A stretch of 64,000 nucleotides of DNA from Hemiscyllium ocellatum (GCF_020745735.1 NW_026867451.1:248001-312000); one strand, 5' to 3'. Shown: positions 52,605-64,000, counted from the stretch's first letter. Numbers and translations are program-made. The notes: generated from the letters alone by a model not told the origin.

Positions 52605-53033
52605 AACCATTTCAGAAAGCATTTTTATCCAAAAAGTTGTTGTAAAAGCTAACAGAAGTGAATATAATGGCTGGGTGCCACATTGAGATGAGAACACATG
52701 CGCTGTGAGGTGGGAATTTTCTGTACATCAGTAACAGTCACAAGAACGGGAATACAAAGGCTCATCAGAAAGGGTAGGCAACCATTCTGAGTAAGGAACA
52801 AATAAAAACAAAACAAATGGGCTTCAAACAACAGGGAAGCTACAAATTCTTCCAACCACAACCATTTCAAAGATATCAAAGTAAAAACGAAAATCCATCA
52901 ATAATTGTCTCAGTTACACACTGATAAACTGAAGTGATCTCACTGTGAGAGTCAGCAACAGGACAGATTGTAGATTGGGAATTCAGAGACCTTGATAAGC
53001 AGATCAGGAAAATCAAAGGAGTCCACAACTCAT

Positions 53034-53042
53034 TCACTTAAC
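53034..53042 (-). CDS. IGHM: IgM TM2 exon coding part (VK*)
   Basis: 139-bp intron ending ctctcttttccag|GTT AAG TGA, giving the canonical KVK cytoplasmic tail. Confidence 0.92.
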   Translation of the reverse strand, partial: VK

Positions 53043-53181
53043 CTGGAAAAGAGAGATAAAGCAATGACACAGATATTTATGATCAGGGACTTTCAGATTT
53101 CATGTTTATTCAATGGCACACTTAGAGATTTCACAAAACATATTGGGCTGTTTGGCGTGAGAAAGATGTGATTATTCTCAC

Positions 53182-53309
53182 CTTCACCAGAGTGACGGCA
53201 GCGCTGTAGAAAATACTCAGGAAGAACAAGGTGATGAACGTGGAAGCAGTTGTCCAGATGTTGCTGTTATCATCCTCATAGTCTTCAATCCAAGTGCGAT
53301 CTATTGAAT
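53182..53309 (-). CDS. IGHM: IgM TM1 exon
   Basis: Acceptor tttatattcatag|AT TCA and donor GTG AAG|gtgaga; DSIDRTWIEDYEDDNSNIWTTASTFITLFFLSIFYSAAVTLVK has an acidic spacer and a conserved antigen-receptor TM (CART-like) motif. Confidence 0.95.
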
Positions 53310-53799
53310 CTATGAATATAAAGCCGAGAGAACGCATTTAGATCGTTTATTGATCCAGATCGATCTATGTGTATCCAAGTCATGTAATTAGAGACCATTA
53401 CATCTTCATAAAGCAGTCAGGTATTTCTCAAGTGTGACTCTAATCTGTATCCGTCAGTGCATTATTGACTCTCAGCAAGAAATTACAAATACTGACTGCA
53501 CATGTTCTTTCTTCATTGTCCATGTCAGAATGTTTTAAATTAATGTTCTTTTAATCTATTATTTAAGGATATTATTATTTGAGGAATGCTTATTACGAAT
53601 GATTATTTTAATTATATCATTATATTTTAAATATAGGCTGTGACAGCACTTTAGTTGAAAATTGTGGCCATCACTGAATAAAAGTTCAAATGTGATTCTC
53701 ACCTTTATGTATTGGTGACCAATTGCTTGGCAAATCGTGAATATAAGTGACATCACAGTCAGGACATTGCTTCATATTTTTGTTTGTAGGATCTGTATA

Positions 53800-54900
53800 T
53801 TTAGGAATAAGTTTTTGTACATGTGTCCCTTAATTTATTTGACCTACTGCTTGGTGTGTTTGGTTTCCCTTTAATGGTTGTGTATGTGGTTATGAGTGCC
53901 TCTTACTTCATTCTTGCCCATGTTGGAGTCTGTGCATGAATAAACATATTCCTGTTCCTTTACTGCTAGTGTTCTCATGTGTTTGTGCACCGAAATTTTG
54001 GTCTTTTCACATTGTGTAAGCATCATTATGCGAATATGCCACTTCATTGCTGCCTATGCTTATCTTGTAATGTCTTTGTGAGTGTTCACTTTTCATTAGT
54101 GCTATCTAAAATGTGTGCTTATGTGTCTGTTTCAGGTCCTACCTAAACTAGGTTATTTTCATGTTTATGCTTAATAAATGTTAGCATGCAACGTCATGTT
54201 TTGATGGATGTTTATATTTATATGATGATGTCTGCTTGTGTGGCAATCTTTCCCAAACCATCTCCTGAGAAGCTTGTTTGTGTTACTGTGTGTGGATGCT
54301 TGCTGATGCTTGTGCTCATTATCCTTATTTAATAAATGCCCCTCTATTTGTTGATCTATGCACTTGTGTGTCTGCATGTGAGACTCGGAATTTGTGTGTA
54401 CGTGTGACATTGTATACATGCTGATCAATGTGGTTTAAAAATAACTAATTAAGCTGCCTCTGTCATCGTATGTTTGTGATTCTGAAAATGGGAAAATAAT
54501 GATATTAATGTTTATCTCTGTGCACTTATGTGCCTGTATGAGTTGACATGTGGGAGGACATTTTTTGGAATTTGTATCTGTGTGTTCATGCGTGTATGTC
54601 TGTACGCATTGTGCTGTATGAATGTATATGTATTCATGCCCATTCGTGTGTTACCGTGTGTCTATATTTCTCATGGTTAAGTGTGAGTACCCTGATCATT
54701 TGTGCAAATAATTTTCTTTCGGTGTATGTGAGTTTTTGTATGAGCTTAGGTGAGTGTTCAAGTACCACTTGCATGTGTGGCTCTGTGCGAGTATGCGTGT
54801 GTGACATCTTATCTGTATGCACATTTGAGTGTGCACATCAATATGTGTCTTTAGGTGAGAGCCCATATATGTGTCATTCCGTGTGTATTTGCGATCATCT
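53800..54900 (-). repeat. Degenerate CA-rich (TG on +) low-complexity tract in the CH4-TM1 intron
   Basis: Dense TGTG/TGTATG/TGTGCA runs on + with no clean period. Confidence 0.75.
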
Positions 54901-56037
54901 CTCTGTATCTGTTCTTATACAAGACTGCAATTTTTATTATTCTAATTTATTGTTCTAATTTTAATGGATTGCCTATAATTAGATTTGACCTTGGTGTTGT
55001 AGGAAACATTTCCCATCGTCGTGAAGAGATAAGCGTTTTATGAGCAACTCTTCTGTTGCAGTGATAGAATTTCTGTCTCTGAGAGAAAAGGCGTGAGTTC
55101 AAATCCTCACTGCCCCAGAGATAACATTTCTGAATATGTTTATTAGAAAATGCCTACTTGTGTTCTGTATGTGAAACAAAATGGTATCAGGTATTCGAAT
55201 ACCAGAATTGATCCCATGTGCTCCAGAAAACTGAGACAAAACTATAGAATTCAAACCGGGACAATGCAAACACCAGTTTTGGATTAGGGGAATCAATGTT
55301 AATCATTTGTTAACAGAGCCAAGCGTGTCCAACATGTTTCAAAGGTATTATTTTGCATGGAAATGTTCAATCTTTGGACAGTAAGCGAGAAGCTGACTGT
55401 TCCTGTTAGTAACTGGGTTACATTACAGAGGACATCTACCATGAAAACTCTGCACAGGGAGCAAGAGGACAGACCATTCATCGTTCCCCTCCCCTCTGCT
55501 CCACGACAACTTATCTGTCGATTCTCTTTGGTGTGAAAGTGAAGATATATTCTGTCAACTCATGCACTGGCGCAAGATCCCTGGCAGTTCCCCAGAAACA
55601 ACGGTTACATTCAAACTGTTCTGCACTCTTTACGATTGGTATGTTCCAATCAAATTTAATTTTAAAGTGTCTTAAATTTACATTTCCAATTGGTGCAATG
55701 TGGCAGTTTAAAACTGACATGAATTTTATAAGAATGTCCAATCAGGGGAATCAAGAACACCAAGTTCAAAACTCGTGCTCTACCCTGGACATAAAATGGA
55801 CATTGTCAGATTTTGTCACAGAGGGATTTAAGATGGACAAGGGACTTGGCGGAATCCTGCAATGAGTGAGCTTTACTCTGTCTCTGACCCAGGGTGTATC
55901 TGAGCAGAGAACATTAACTGCACAAGACACTTGTCCTAGACCTGTTAATAATCCACTTTAACTACAGAGATGGAATGGAAGTCAGAGTGAGAAACAACTC
56001 ATTCAGTATTTAACTCACAACTGGAGGAAAAAGAAAC

Positions 56038-56084
56038 TTTATTACTTCTGTTGAATTATTAAATGCAACTTTGAGATTTTTATT
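56038..56084 (-). terminator. Secretory-form polyadenylation signals (two AATAAA)
   Basis: AATAAA at 56084-56079 overlaps the stop (CAA TAA A); a second AATAAA at 56043-56038 is followed by a T-rich tract. Confidence 0.7.
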
Positions 56085-56471
56085 GACATGAATTAACAGT
56101 GTCCATCAGTGCAAGTGAAATGTTTACGAAACTCGGTTTACCGCTGGATTTATCGACTGTTCTGTTGATGATCTTCAATGGAATCGCTTCATGTCCCACC
56201 ACACAGGAGTAAGAAGCACCGCTGGCCCACTCCTCCGCTGTAATGGATAACAGGCTGTACATGAAGAAGGAAGTGTTGTCACTCTCTGCCATCACCTCGG
56301 TGTTCTTGTAGTTACTGGGATTCACCTGCTTGTCATTGTTTGTCCACTTGACGAAGATCTCTCGGGGGGAGAAACCTCTCACTAAACAGGTGAGGGAGAG
56401 AAACCTCTGAGCGGAGATTTCTTCTGTTGGTGGCAGGAGGACCGACACTGATGGCTCCAGCGGATTAATCA
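56080..56471 (-). CDS. IGHM: IgM heavy chain CH4 exon with secretory tailpiece
   Basis: Acceptor attctgcag|TG ATT AAT; frame [43 protein letters not shown]...[23 protein letters not shown] then tail [20 protein letters not shown] with an N-I-S glycosylation sequon and penultimate Cys, typical of polymeric IgM. Confidence 0.96.
56136..56144 (-). other. IGHM: Internal splice donor in CH4 used for the membrane form
   Basis: TCC AGC G|GT AAA at 56142/56141, the conserved position for CH4-to-TM1 splicing; phase 1 matches the TM1 acceptor. Confidence 0.9.
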
Positions 56472-56918
56472 CTGCAGAATATTTGAGACAAATATAAATC
56501 AATCAAAAATATCCTGAACCAATATCACAATTTCACTCAATATTAAAATACACCATTATTAATTTGGGATTTATTCACTTTCGTTTTCTAAAAGAGTACA
56601 CATTCTGTTCAGTAAAAAAAGTAAAGTTTAATGTGAAAGTTGCCTCCATGTTTCCAGCCCACAACAAGGGCATTCTGTCCAACTGTCATTGCTGATGGTG
56701 GCATCACAACCCAGGCTTCTTCCCACCTTATCTGACTTAATCAGAATACAATATCCTTTGGTCCATCTTTTTCTTAATCAGCTACTTAGTTATCCTGCCT
56801 TCAGATGCATCATAAATGCTCCCAACGGTGTTTGTTCATTACCAATCAAAGCCTGCCATTGATGTAACTGGATCTGGATTCCACATGGGATGCTTTGTGT
56901 TTTAATCTCACCGCTCAC

Positions 56919-57227
56919 CTTTCTCCTTGTGGATGGAGTCTCTCAGCGGAGTCGGTAGATTTTGATGGTACACCACACATTCAAAAGTAACACCACTCAG
57001 CCAGGCTTCAGTAGAAATGTCTAATTTGCTGATCACGCTGTCGGGATTCTGTCCAGGCTGGTCAGCAATCTCGGTTTTCAGAAGCTTCTTTTCTTGCTTC
57101 CAGGTCACGCTGACTCCAGAAGGAAAATTGGACACAACACAGGTTAACGTCACCGTCGCCTCCAGTAAGACTTGTTCGACTGGCGGTGGGAGGATTTTAA
57201 CGGTGTTAGGGTGGCACTCGGTATCTT
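56919..57227 (-). CDS. IGHM: IgM heavy chain CH3 exon
   Basis: Acceptor ttttgtttcatag|AA GAT ACC and donor AAA G|gtgagc; 309 bp open frame [45 protein letters not shown]...[22 protein letters not shown]. Confidence 0.95.
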
Positions 57228-58439
57228 CTATGAAACAAAAATCAAAGTCAATGAAAAATGCCCCTTTATGATACAAACACCCAGTCTTCAGATTACTTCT
57301 TCACAGGGTGAAGACACCACCTTCAAAATGGCAACTCCAACCATTGCTGAAACAATGCTTACTATTGTTGATGTATTTTGATTTGTGAAAGCATTTGTGA
57401 TTACCTATGACATACCCTGTGTAATTATTCCCAAAGAACACTGGCTTTGTAACAAGTGAAAGCTGTGAAAAAAGTAAAATCATCGAAGATACCATTATGT
57501 AACCCATGGAATTACCTTTCTTTCAGAGTTTGTCTCTCACTTAAGACCATCTATTGATACTTGTGACAAGAGTAATCTGAATATAATGAGTTCATTTCCA
57601 TGTTCATAACCCTTAGGTGCAAGTGCGCTGGTCACGCTGACTGCCAAATCACATCCCAAATTTTGGACAAATTATAAGAAATAATAATTATTCTCTTTGC
57701 AGAGTTCTAAAGTGCTACAGGAGCAGTGAATATCCATGGAAATTCTGTTCATTATATTTAACGTGATCAAAAATACTTTGCGTTATTGGTGTGATGTCAT
57801 TCTCTGATTTATGTCATTGTTCCTCGTGGGCTGAGTTTGGAGTAGATCTGAAAACAAGGCACTGAGTACAGCATTGGATATCGAGAAGGACACCCATCTC
57901 CTTAAGTCTTTCCCTCCATTCAGTTAGTTCATGACTGGTCTGTACTTTCACTTTATTTACCAAGCTGCATTTTTTAATTTCTTCATAGAGCAGGGGAGAA
58001 AAAAAAACAAACAAAAGCGTCTTAAATTAATCTACAAACGTGATGGAAATGTACACTAATTTTATAGACATCCACTACCCACTGTGTAAACATCGCCACT
58101 CCAAACCAGGCTAAATCAGCCTGTCTCAAGTTCCTCGTTCACTCATCCCTATTGTAGCATTCTTACCAGAATTTATTCTCCTGCCTCATCCACTACTTAC
58201 ACAGAGCATCTTAAAGAGGCTCAGTGAGATCATGTTTATCCCAGTTCATCAAATGTGATACCCACTTGGTCTGTGGTCTGATCCCATAAATGAAGTTAAA
58301 GAGCTCAGCACCAGATAAAAATCGATGTCGTACAATGTCCAAGGCCAACAGGTCATTCCTGAGCAGGGAGTGAAGCATTGAACGCATTTTGATTTATTTT
58401 CAAGTTAGGGTCACTGCATATTTTAACCACGTCATTTTG

Positions 58440-58920
58440 AGACCACAACATCATAAGATAGAGGATCAGAATAAGGCTGTTCAGCCAATCCAGAGTTTAG
58501 ATCAGAATGATGCTGGAAAAGCACAGCAGGTTAGGCAGCATCCGACGAGCAGGAAAATCGACATTTGGGCTAAAGCCATTCTATGGTCTTCTCCCCACAC
58601 TAAACAAGAACCGATCCATCTCTGGCTTGAATATACACAATGGCCTGGTCTCCACAGCCCTCTGCAGCAACAAGTTCCACAGATTCATCACCCTCTTGCT
58701 GAAGAAATTCCTCCCCATCTCAGTTCTAAACGGTGCCCCTTTGATCCTGAGACTGTGCCCTTGGGTCCTAGTCTCGCCTACCAGTCAAAACATCTATTTA
58801 CATTCACTCGACCTCAGTCTCTCAGTATTTTCTATGTTTCAATTAGATATCTCTCCAATATCCTCCCTCCACCCCCAAACTTATCCTTGAAGCCACTACC
58901 AGGCAAGGATTCAGCACTCT
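58440..58920 (-). mobile_element. LINE 3' relic interrupted by a Penelope terminus (~58497-58577)
   Basis: ACAAGTTCCACAGATTCATCACCCTC...GAAGAAATTCCTCCCCATCTCAG is LINE-like; the insert GATGCTGGAAAAGCACAGCAGGTTAGGCAGCATCC matches 5855-5890. Confidence 0.7.
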
Positions 58921-59206
58921 GAATGCTTCTCCCAGCATGGTCAGGCAACAAACTATTTAACAAACTATTTAACAAAGCTCACCGTCTATATATCTATCTT
59001 CAACAGAGAGGAAACATGCTTTTCTGACTTGCCAAAATGTTGAATTATGAGCAATGCTAATGTAACACTCAAACTGAAATGAGATACGTGACATGCTGGG
59101 AAATGAGAAGCTGTACCGTGCTGTTTACTACGCCTGATAAATTAGTGTGTTTGATTCACATCAGAGTTCAGAGTGATTTGTAGCTCTCCCAGTATGTGTC
59201 TCTTAC

Positions 59207-59518
59207 CCTGGAGTGCGGTGATATTTTTACTTTGAATGTTCTCTTCGTGAGTGACCTGGCAGGTATAGACTGCGCTGTTGTACCATTCACCATAAGGGAC
59301 CATCAGCCGACTCGTCACCGAGAAGTTCCCGTTCGCCTCACACACGGGAGACGTGAAGAAGCCAGAATCCAAGCGTCGGCCATTTTTCAACCAACTCACG
59401 TTGATTGTCTTCGGATGGAAATCGATGATTGAACAAACGACAGTTGCAAACTTGCTGCTTGCGATTTCTTCACTGGAGCTCACAGTTAGGAGAAGAGTTG
59501 GTGGGAGAGGACCTGTTC
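59207..59518 (-). CDS. IGHM: IgM heavy chain CH2 exon
   Basis: Acceptor tttcctaaag|GA ACA GGT and donor CAG G|gtaaga; 312 bp open frame [47 protein letters not shown]...[20 protein letters not shown]. Confidence 0.95.
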
Positions 59519-59699
59519 CTTTAGGAAACACATCGCATAAATTATCTGATGAATTTCATCACAAATACAATCAGTTCTCATATATCAAGGTTTCTTGTGA
59601 TTAATGGATACAAGAATCATAATTGTGCAGAGTGCTGGAGAAGCTGGGATCCACACAGAAAGATCATCAGGACAATGTGAAAGGCTAAAATTATAGGAC

Positions 59700-62555
59700 A
59701 CAGCAAGGGAGTCAAGGAGGCATAGAAACGATAGGCCGGTAACATCAGAAGGGAGATAGCAACGTTGGATGGTATTCGTTTTAATGACAGAGTCTGATGA
59801 TCAAGGCAGATGAATTACCGGCATAAATGAGGAAATGATGCTGTTGCTATCACGGAGACATATTGAGAGCGGGGCAGGAGTGGCTATTCAATTTTCCAGG
59901 ATTTAGTGCCTTCAGGCGAGACAGGGAAAGATGGAAAAGGATGGAGGCAGGGGTTTGCGGCACGGAATGTTGCTTCTGTCACAATTCTGACAAGAGTATT
60001 TTAGGCTGTAAAGAGAAATGAAATCATAGATACCTCCTCGAACAAAGGCAAATGGACAGTACTTCAAAACCAAAATACAGCAAACATAACTACTGGGAGA
60101 GCACGATAGGCCTTACTATAGGTCCAAAAGACCAAGTGCAAATACATGGATAAATTTCAGAGATATGTAAATTAAATAGGGGAATGAGAAAAGAGGTTTT
60201 TAACTTCCTCAGCATAGGCTTGGATATTCATTTTGTCTAACGTTTAGAGGGAGCACAATTCTGAAAATGCCCCCAGGAGAATATTTAAACAAAGTATGTG
60301 TTAAGACAGAGAATTTTAATCCAGACCTTGCAAGAGAGGGGTGAACCTGAATTTAACTTTTGGGAATGAAGTCGACCCATTGGGTAAAACATCAATGGTG
60401 GTGCACTTTGCAGACAGTGATCGTAAATCAGTTGGATTTCAGATTGTACTGCAAAGGAATAGACATTGGCCCAAAGTTCTGAAAAGGGGAAGGACAATTT
60501 TAGTAAGATCAGGTAATGACTTAACCAGAGTGGACTGGAAGCTGACACTTATTGGTAAATCTGAGTCAAAGCAGTGTGAAACATTTAAGAAAGAGACAGG
60601 AAAATCATAGGGAGGACATTTCCCAGGAAGCCACTGAATGGGACCAAGAATGTAGCGTGCTCTGGACACCAAAGGGCATGGAGGGTGAGATAAGGAGAAA
60701 CAAGGGAGGCTTCCTGTCTATACTGAAATCTCAAAACAATAGAAATTAGTATGGAGTACAGAACGCGCAAGGGGGAGTTTGAAAGACAAAGGAATTAGAA
60801 GAGCAAAAGGGACCATGAGAAAATAATAGGAGTCAAAATAAAGGAAAATATTTTTAAAAGTTACAGGCTCATTCATAATAAAAGAATTATTCGGGAAACA
60901 GTAATGCCCATTAAGTGTTATTATTGGAGTGGAGCCGGAGGATTAGGTTGTGGTCAAAACGAATGTGTTGTGTCAGTGTTCACTAGTAAGAGGGACAATG
61001 TGGGGACAGAAATCATGGAGGAGTGTTGTGATGTACTTTCAGAAATTAGGACACATGACGTGATGTTCTGTGTTGTCTTGCTAAATGAAAAGTGGTTATA
61101 TTTCCAGGGCAGATGAAAAGTATACCAAGCGGTTGAGCGATGCAAGGGATGAAATAGTTGGGTCGCTAACAATAATTTAGAATTACTGTCTGGCCACAGC
61201 AGTTGTGCCAAGTGAGTGTAGATCAGCCAACATTGCACTGTTACGCAGGACAAAGGAAGGGATAAATAATGAAAACACAGATCTGTCAAGCTAGTCTCAG
61301 TGGTAGGGAAACTATTGAAAAGTGAAATTAGTCTTCATTTGGAAGATAAATCAACAATTTTCAGCATAGTTTTATTGAGAGAAAGTCATGTGTAACAATT
61401 TGATAGTAGTTTTCAGAGAGATAACTCGATGTCCAGATGATAGCAATAATCAGAGCCAATGGGATCCGAGTTAATTTGACAGATTGGATCGAGAACTGGC
61501 TGAGTGATGGGAGCAGGGGATAATAGTCATCGGGTGTCTGGGTGACTGGGAATCTATGTCTCCTGGTGTTCTGTAGGGATTGGGGTTGATTTCCATGTTA
61601 TTTCTCTTACATACCAATGATTGAGACTCAAATTTAGGAGGATTAACCAGTGAATTCACAGATGAAATGAAAACTGTCATGTTGGTAAGTCATGAGCATT
61701 ATGGCTTTAGATTGCAGGAGGATATAAAAGGGTTGGTTGTATGTGAAGAGAAGTTGCAAATGGAAATTATTCTGGATAAATGTAAGGTAATGTAATTCGG
61801 CAGAAGAATCTGTGAGGTATGACATTTTGAATGGTGGAACCCTGGAAAGGCCTGAGGATCTTTGGTGCATGTACCCACCGATCCCCTATAGTACTGTGTC
61901 GTCTGGATAAAGAGACTAAGGAGGTGGGAGGATATTTGCTTTTATTAGCCTAGACATTGACAATGAAGAATCGGGAGATGATACTGGAACTTGATAGAAC
62001 ACTGGTTAGGCCATACTGAAGCGTTGTGTGCATGTTATCGAAGGAATGTGATTACACTGAAGGCAGTATTGATTAGATTTGCCAGGATCTTGCCTGGGTT
62101 GGAGGGTTTTAGTTATGAAACGAGATGAGATAGACAGGGGTTTTCCTTGAAGCAGAGGAGAGTTAGGGAGAAGATTATCATGATGTCTAGAATTATTTTA
62201 GGCATAGACTGGGTAAACTGGATGAAACCTTTCCCCTTGATGGAGAGATCAATGCCTCAGGGGCACAGGGTGAAGGTAAGGCCAGGAGGTTCCAAGTGGA
62301 TCTCAGGGGAAAACAAAATCAAACAGAGGGTGGTGTTAGCCTGGAGCTCAGCACCTATAAGTCATGTAGAGACTGAGCCCCTCATAATAAGTATGAAGTA
62401 TTGAGATGCATCCTTGCAAGGGCAAGTCACACAAGGCAATGGATCATGTGCTGGCACATGAGACTGGAATAGTTAGGTGGCTGTTATTGATAGGCGCAAA
62501 CTGGATGGATCAAAGGGCCTTTTTCCTGTGCTGTATAAGGGGATTCTGTGAAAAT
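59700..62555 (+). mobile_element. Old CR1-type LINE ORF2 relic filling the CH1-CH2 intron, antisense to IgM
   Basis: Decayed EN (AITET..., 59840), RT segments homologous to 30900-32400 and the 3' end GATCAAAGGGCCTTTTTCCTGTGCTGTAT; no long ORF left. Confidence 0.8.
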
Positions 62556-62624
62556 GGTTATAAATAATGCCTTATCCATATTAATGCCAGATGCTCTGTT
62601 TATCTCAGTTCCCACAATACGTAC

Positions 62625-62933
62625 CTGGACATGGCATTTCTTTGCTCTTGTGTGACCCGCTGTGTTGAACCTCACAGTAGATTTTGCTGGGGCAATCTAC
62701 CGCTGACCCGGGCAGGGTTAACTGGCTGCTCAGGGTGTAGGTTCCCTTCTTGTTTCTCACTGATGGGTAAGTCTTCAATCCACCATTCGTGATTAGCTCC
62801 CCACCTTTCTTCCAGGTTACCTTGGTGACTTCTGGGGAATAGTCCATCACCAAACAACCAAAGATTGTCGAATCGGTGTTGTGCTCCTCACAGGAGGAGA
62901 CCAGGCCATAAAGCGTGGGGGGAGATGGTGTCT
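62625..62933 (-). CDS. IGHM: IgM heavy chain CH1 exon
   Basis: Acceptor ...ctattgtag|AG ACA CCA and donor CCA G|gtacg; 309 bp, phase 1-1, open frame (E)[42 protein letters not shown]...SSQLTLP...[20 protein letters not shown]1-set Ig Cys-Trp-Cys pattern, resembling shark C-mu1. Confidence 0.95.
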
Positions 62934-63267
62934 CTACAATAGAATGACCAATTGAGCATGTTAGTTTCTGTTAATTTGACCTTATCAGTTACTCAAATGT
63001 ATCCTCAGCTGTAACCGTTTGCCAGTATGCTCCCGCTGAAGTCTACAGCATAACTGGAGTTTATTTTTGTTTCCTACCAGTTGCTGATCATGATCATTGG
63101 TTCCCTCTTGAGAAACATGCCCTCGACCTTGACCATTGCCATATCATTTAGGAAGAAGAACATCCTGATCCCACCCCAGTAACTGTTTGAAGATCTCACC
63201 AATTGACACTTTCATTGGATTGCTGTGAAGAGCAGAGAAGTTTCACAAAATACAAACCAAGGAAATG

Positions 63268-63598
63268 CAGATTCATCGAAATTCTACAGTGTGTGCAAAC
63301 AGGCCATTTGGCCCAACAATTCCACACCCACCCTCTGAAAAGAAACGCATCCAGACCCATTCCTCTACCCTATTATGCTACGGTTAACCCTGACTAATGC
63401 ATCTAACCTCCCAATCACTGAACACAACATTTGCAATTTCCCCAGCTTGTACAGATTTGGACTGTGGGAGGAAATGCACACAGATGTGGGGAGAAAGTGC
63501 CAACTCCACACAGACAGTTACCCGAGGCTGGAATGGAGCCAGAGTCCCTAGCACTGTGAGGCAGCAGCGCTAACCATGGAACCAGCGTGCCGCCCCAC
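63268..63598 (-). mobile_element. HE1-type SINE
   Basis: Head GGGGCGGCACGCTGG..., tail ACAGTGTGTGCAAACAGGCCATTTGGCCC. Confidence 0.85.
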
Positions 63599-63661
63599 TA
63601 GGTACCATGCTGCTGGAAATACCCAACAGCTGGCAGTACCCCCGGAGAGAAATCAGAGTGA

Positions 63662-63960
63662 ATCATAGAACATAGAACATCACAGTGCAGTGCAGGCCCT
63701 TCGGCCCTCGATGTTGCGCTGCCCTGACATACTAATATGAAGCCCATCCCACCTACACTATTCCATGTACATGCATAGGCCTGTCCAATGACAACTTAAA
63801 TGTACTTAAACTTGGCGAATCTAATACCATTGCAGGCAAAGCACTCCATACCCTTACTACACAATGAGTAAAGAAACTACCTCTGCTATCTGTCTTATAC
63901 CTGTCTCCCCTCACTTTAAAGTTGTGTCCCCTCGTGTTTGCCGTCCCCATACTTGGAAAT
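63662..63960 (-). mobile_element. CR1/HER1-type LINE 3' end
   Basis: CATAGAACATAGAAC tail and minus ORF 63753-63950 NTRGHNFKVRGDRYKTDSRGSFFTHCVVRVWSALP. Confidence 0.9.
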
Positions 63961-64000
63961 CAGGTCCAGTGAGCCTTCCTCACTTATCAATGTAAGACAG

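Noticed and set aside
53034-62933. IgNAR or IgW identity for the Ig exons
   Set aside because: Four C domains including a CH1, a ~20-aa tail ending DTVNSCQ and a KVK cytoplasmic tail fit shark IgM; IgNAR and long IgW have more domains and different tails.
1293-63598. tRNA-like A/B boxes at several sites
   Set aside because: They are heads of HE1 and other SINEs, not complete cloverleaf tRNA genes.
62934-64000. JH segment, canonical RSS or intronic enhancer upstream of CH1
   Set aside because: No WGxG motif, heptamer-spacer-nonamer or motif cluster was seen; the interval is mostly SINE/LINE, and J probably lies outside the window.

Overview
Eukaryotic, cartilaginous-fish (shark-type) genomic DNA. 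The only host gene I can support is the constant half of an IgM heavy-chain cluster on the minus strand: CH1 62625-62933, CH2 59207-59518, CH3 56919-57227, CH4 plus secretory tail 56080-56471, TM1 53182-53309 and TM2 53034-53042. All exons are open and have canonical GT-AG junctions in the expected phases. V, D and J would lie beyond 64000, and I see no further Ig exon in the ~52 kb downstream. The rest is repeat-dominated. (i) 1-10.9 kb is a diverged tandem array of a composite unit built from nested Gypsy, RTE, Penelope-terminus and CR1 fragments. (ii) 14017-14516 is a 500-N assembly gap. (iii) 14517-~28916 is a ~14.4-kb array of a 28-bp unit (CACAGGGACTGCTGTTCTCTATATTATA) with higher-order structure and an RSS-heptamer-like core. 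(iv) ~28917-32553 is a 5'-truncated CR1/HER1-type LINE. Scattered through the window are HE1 SINEs, a DeuSINE-like relic, a second Gypsy relic and a Penelope GIY-YIG relic. The most notable unexplained system is a set of 90-270 bp insertions consisting only of a minimal hammerhead-ribozyme-like Penelope terminus. Three have perfect 12-16 bp target-site duplications, two of these are head-to-head inverted, and several sequence families show covarying stems. Repeat family names and repeat boundaries come from visual recognition, not database searches, and are approximate unless stated otherwise.
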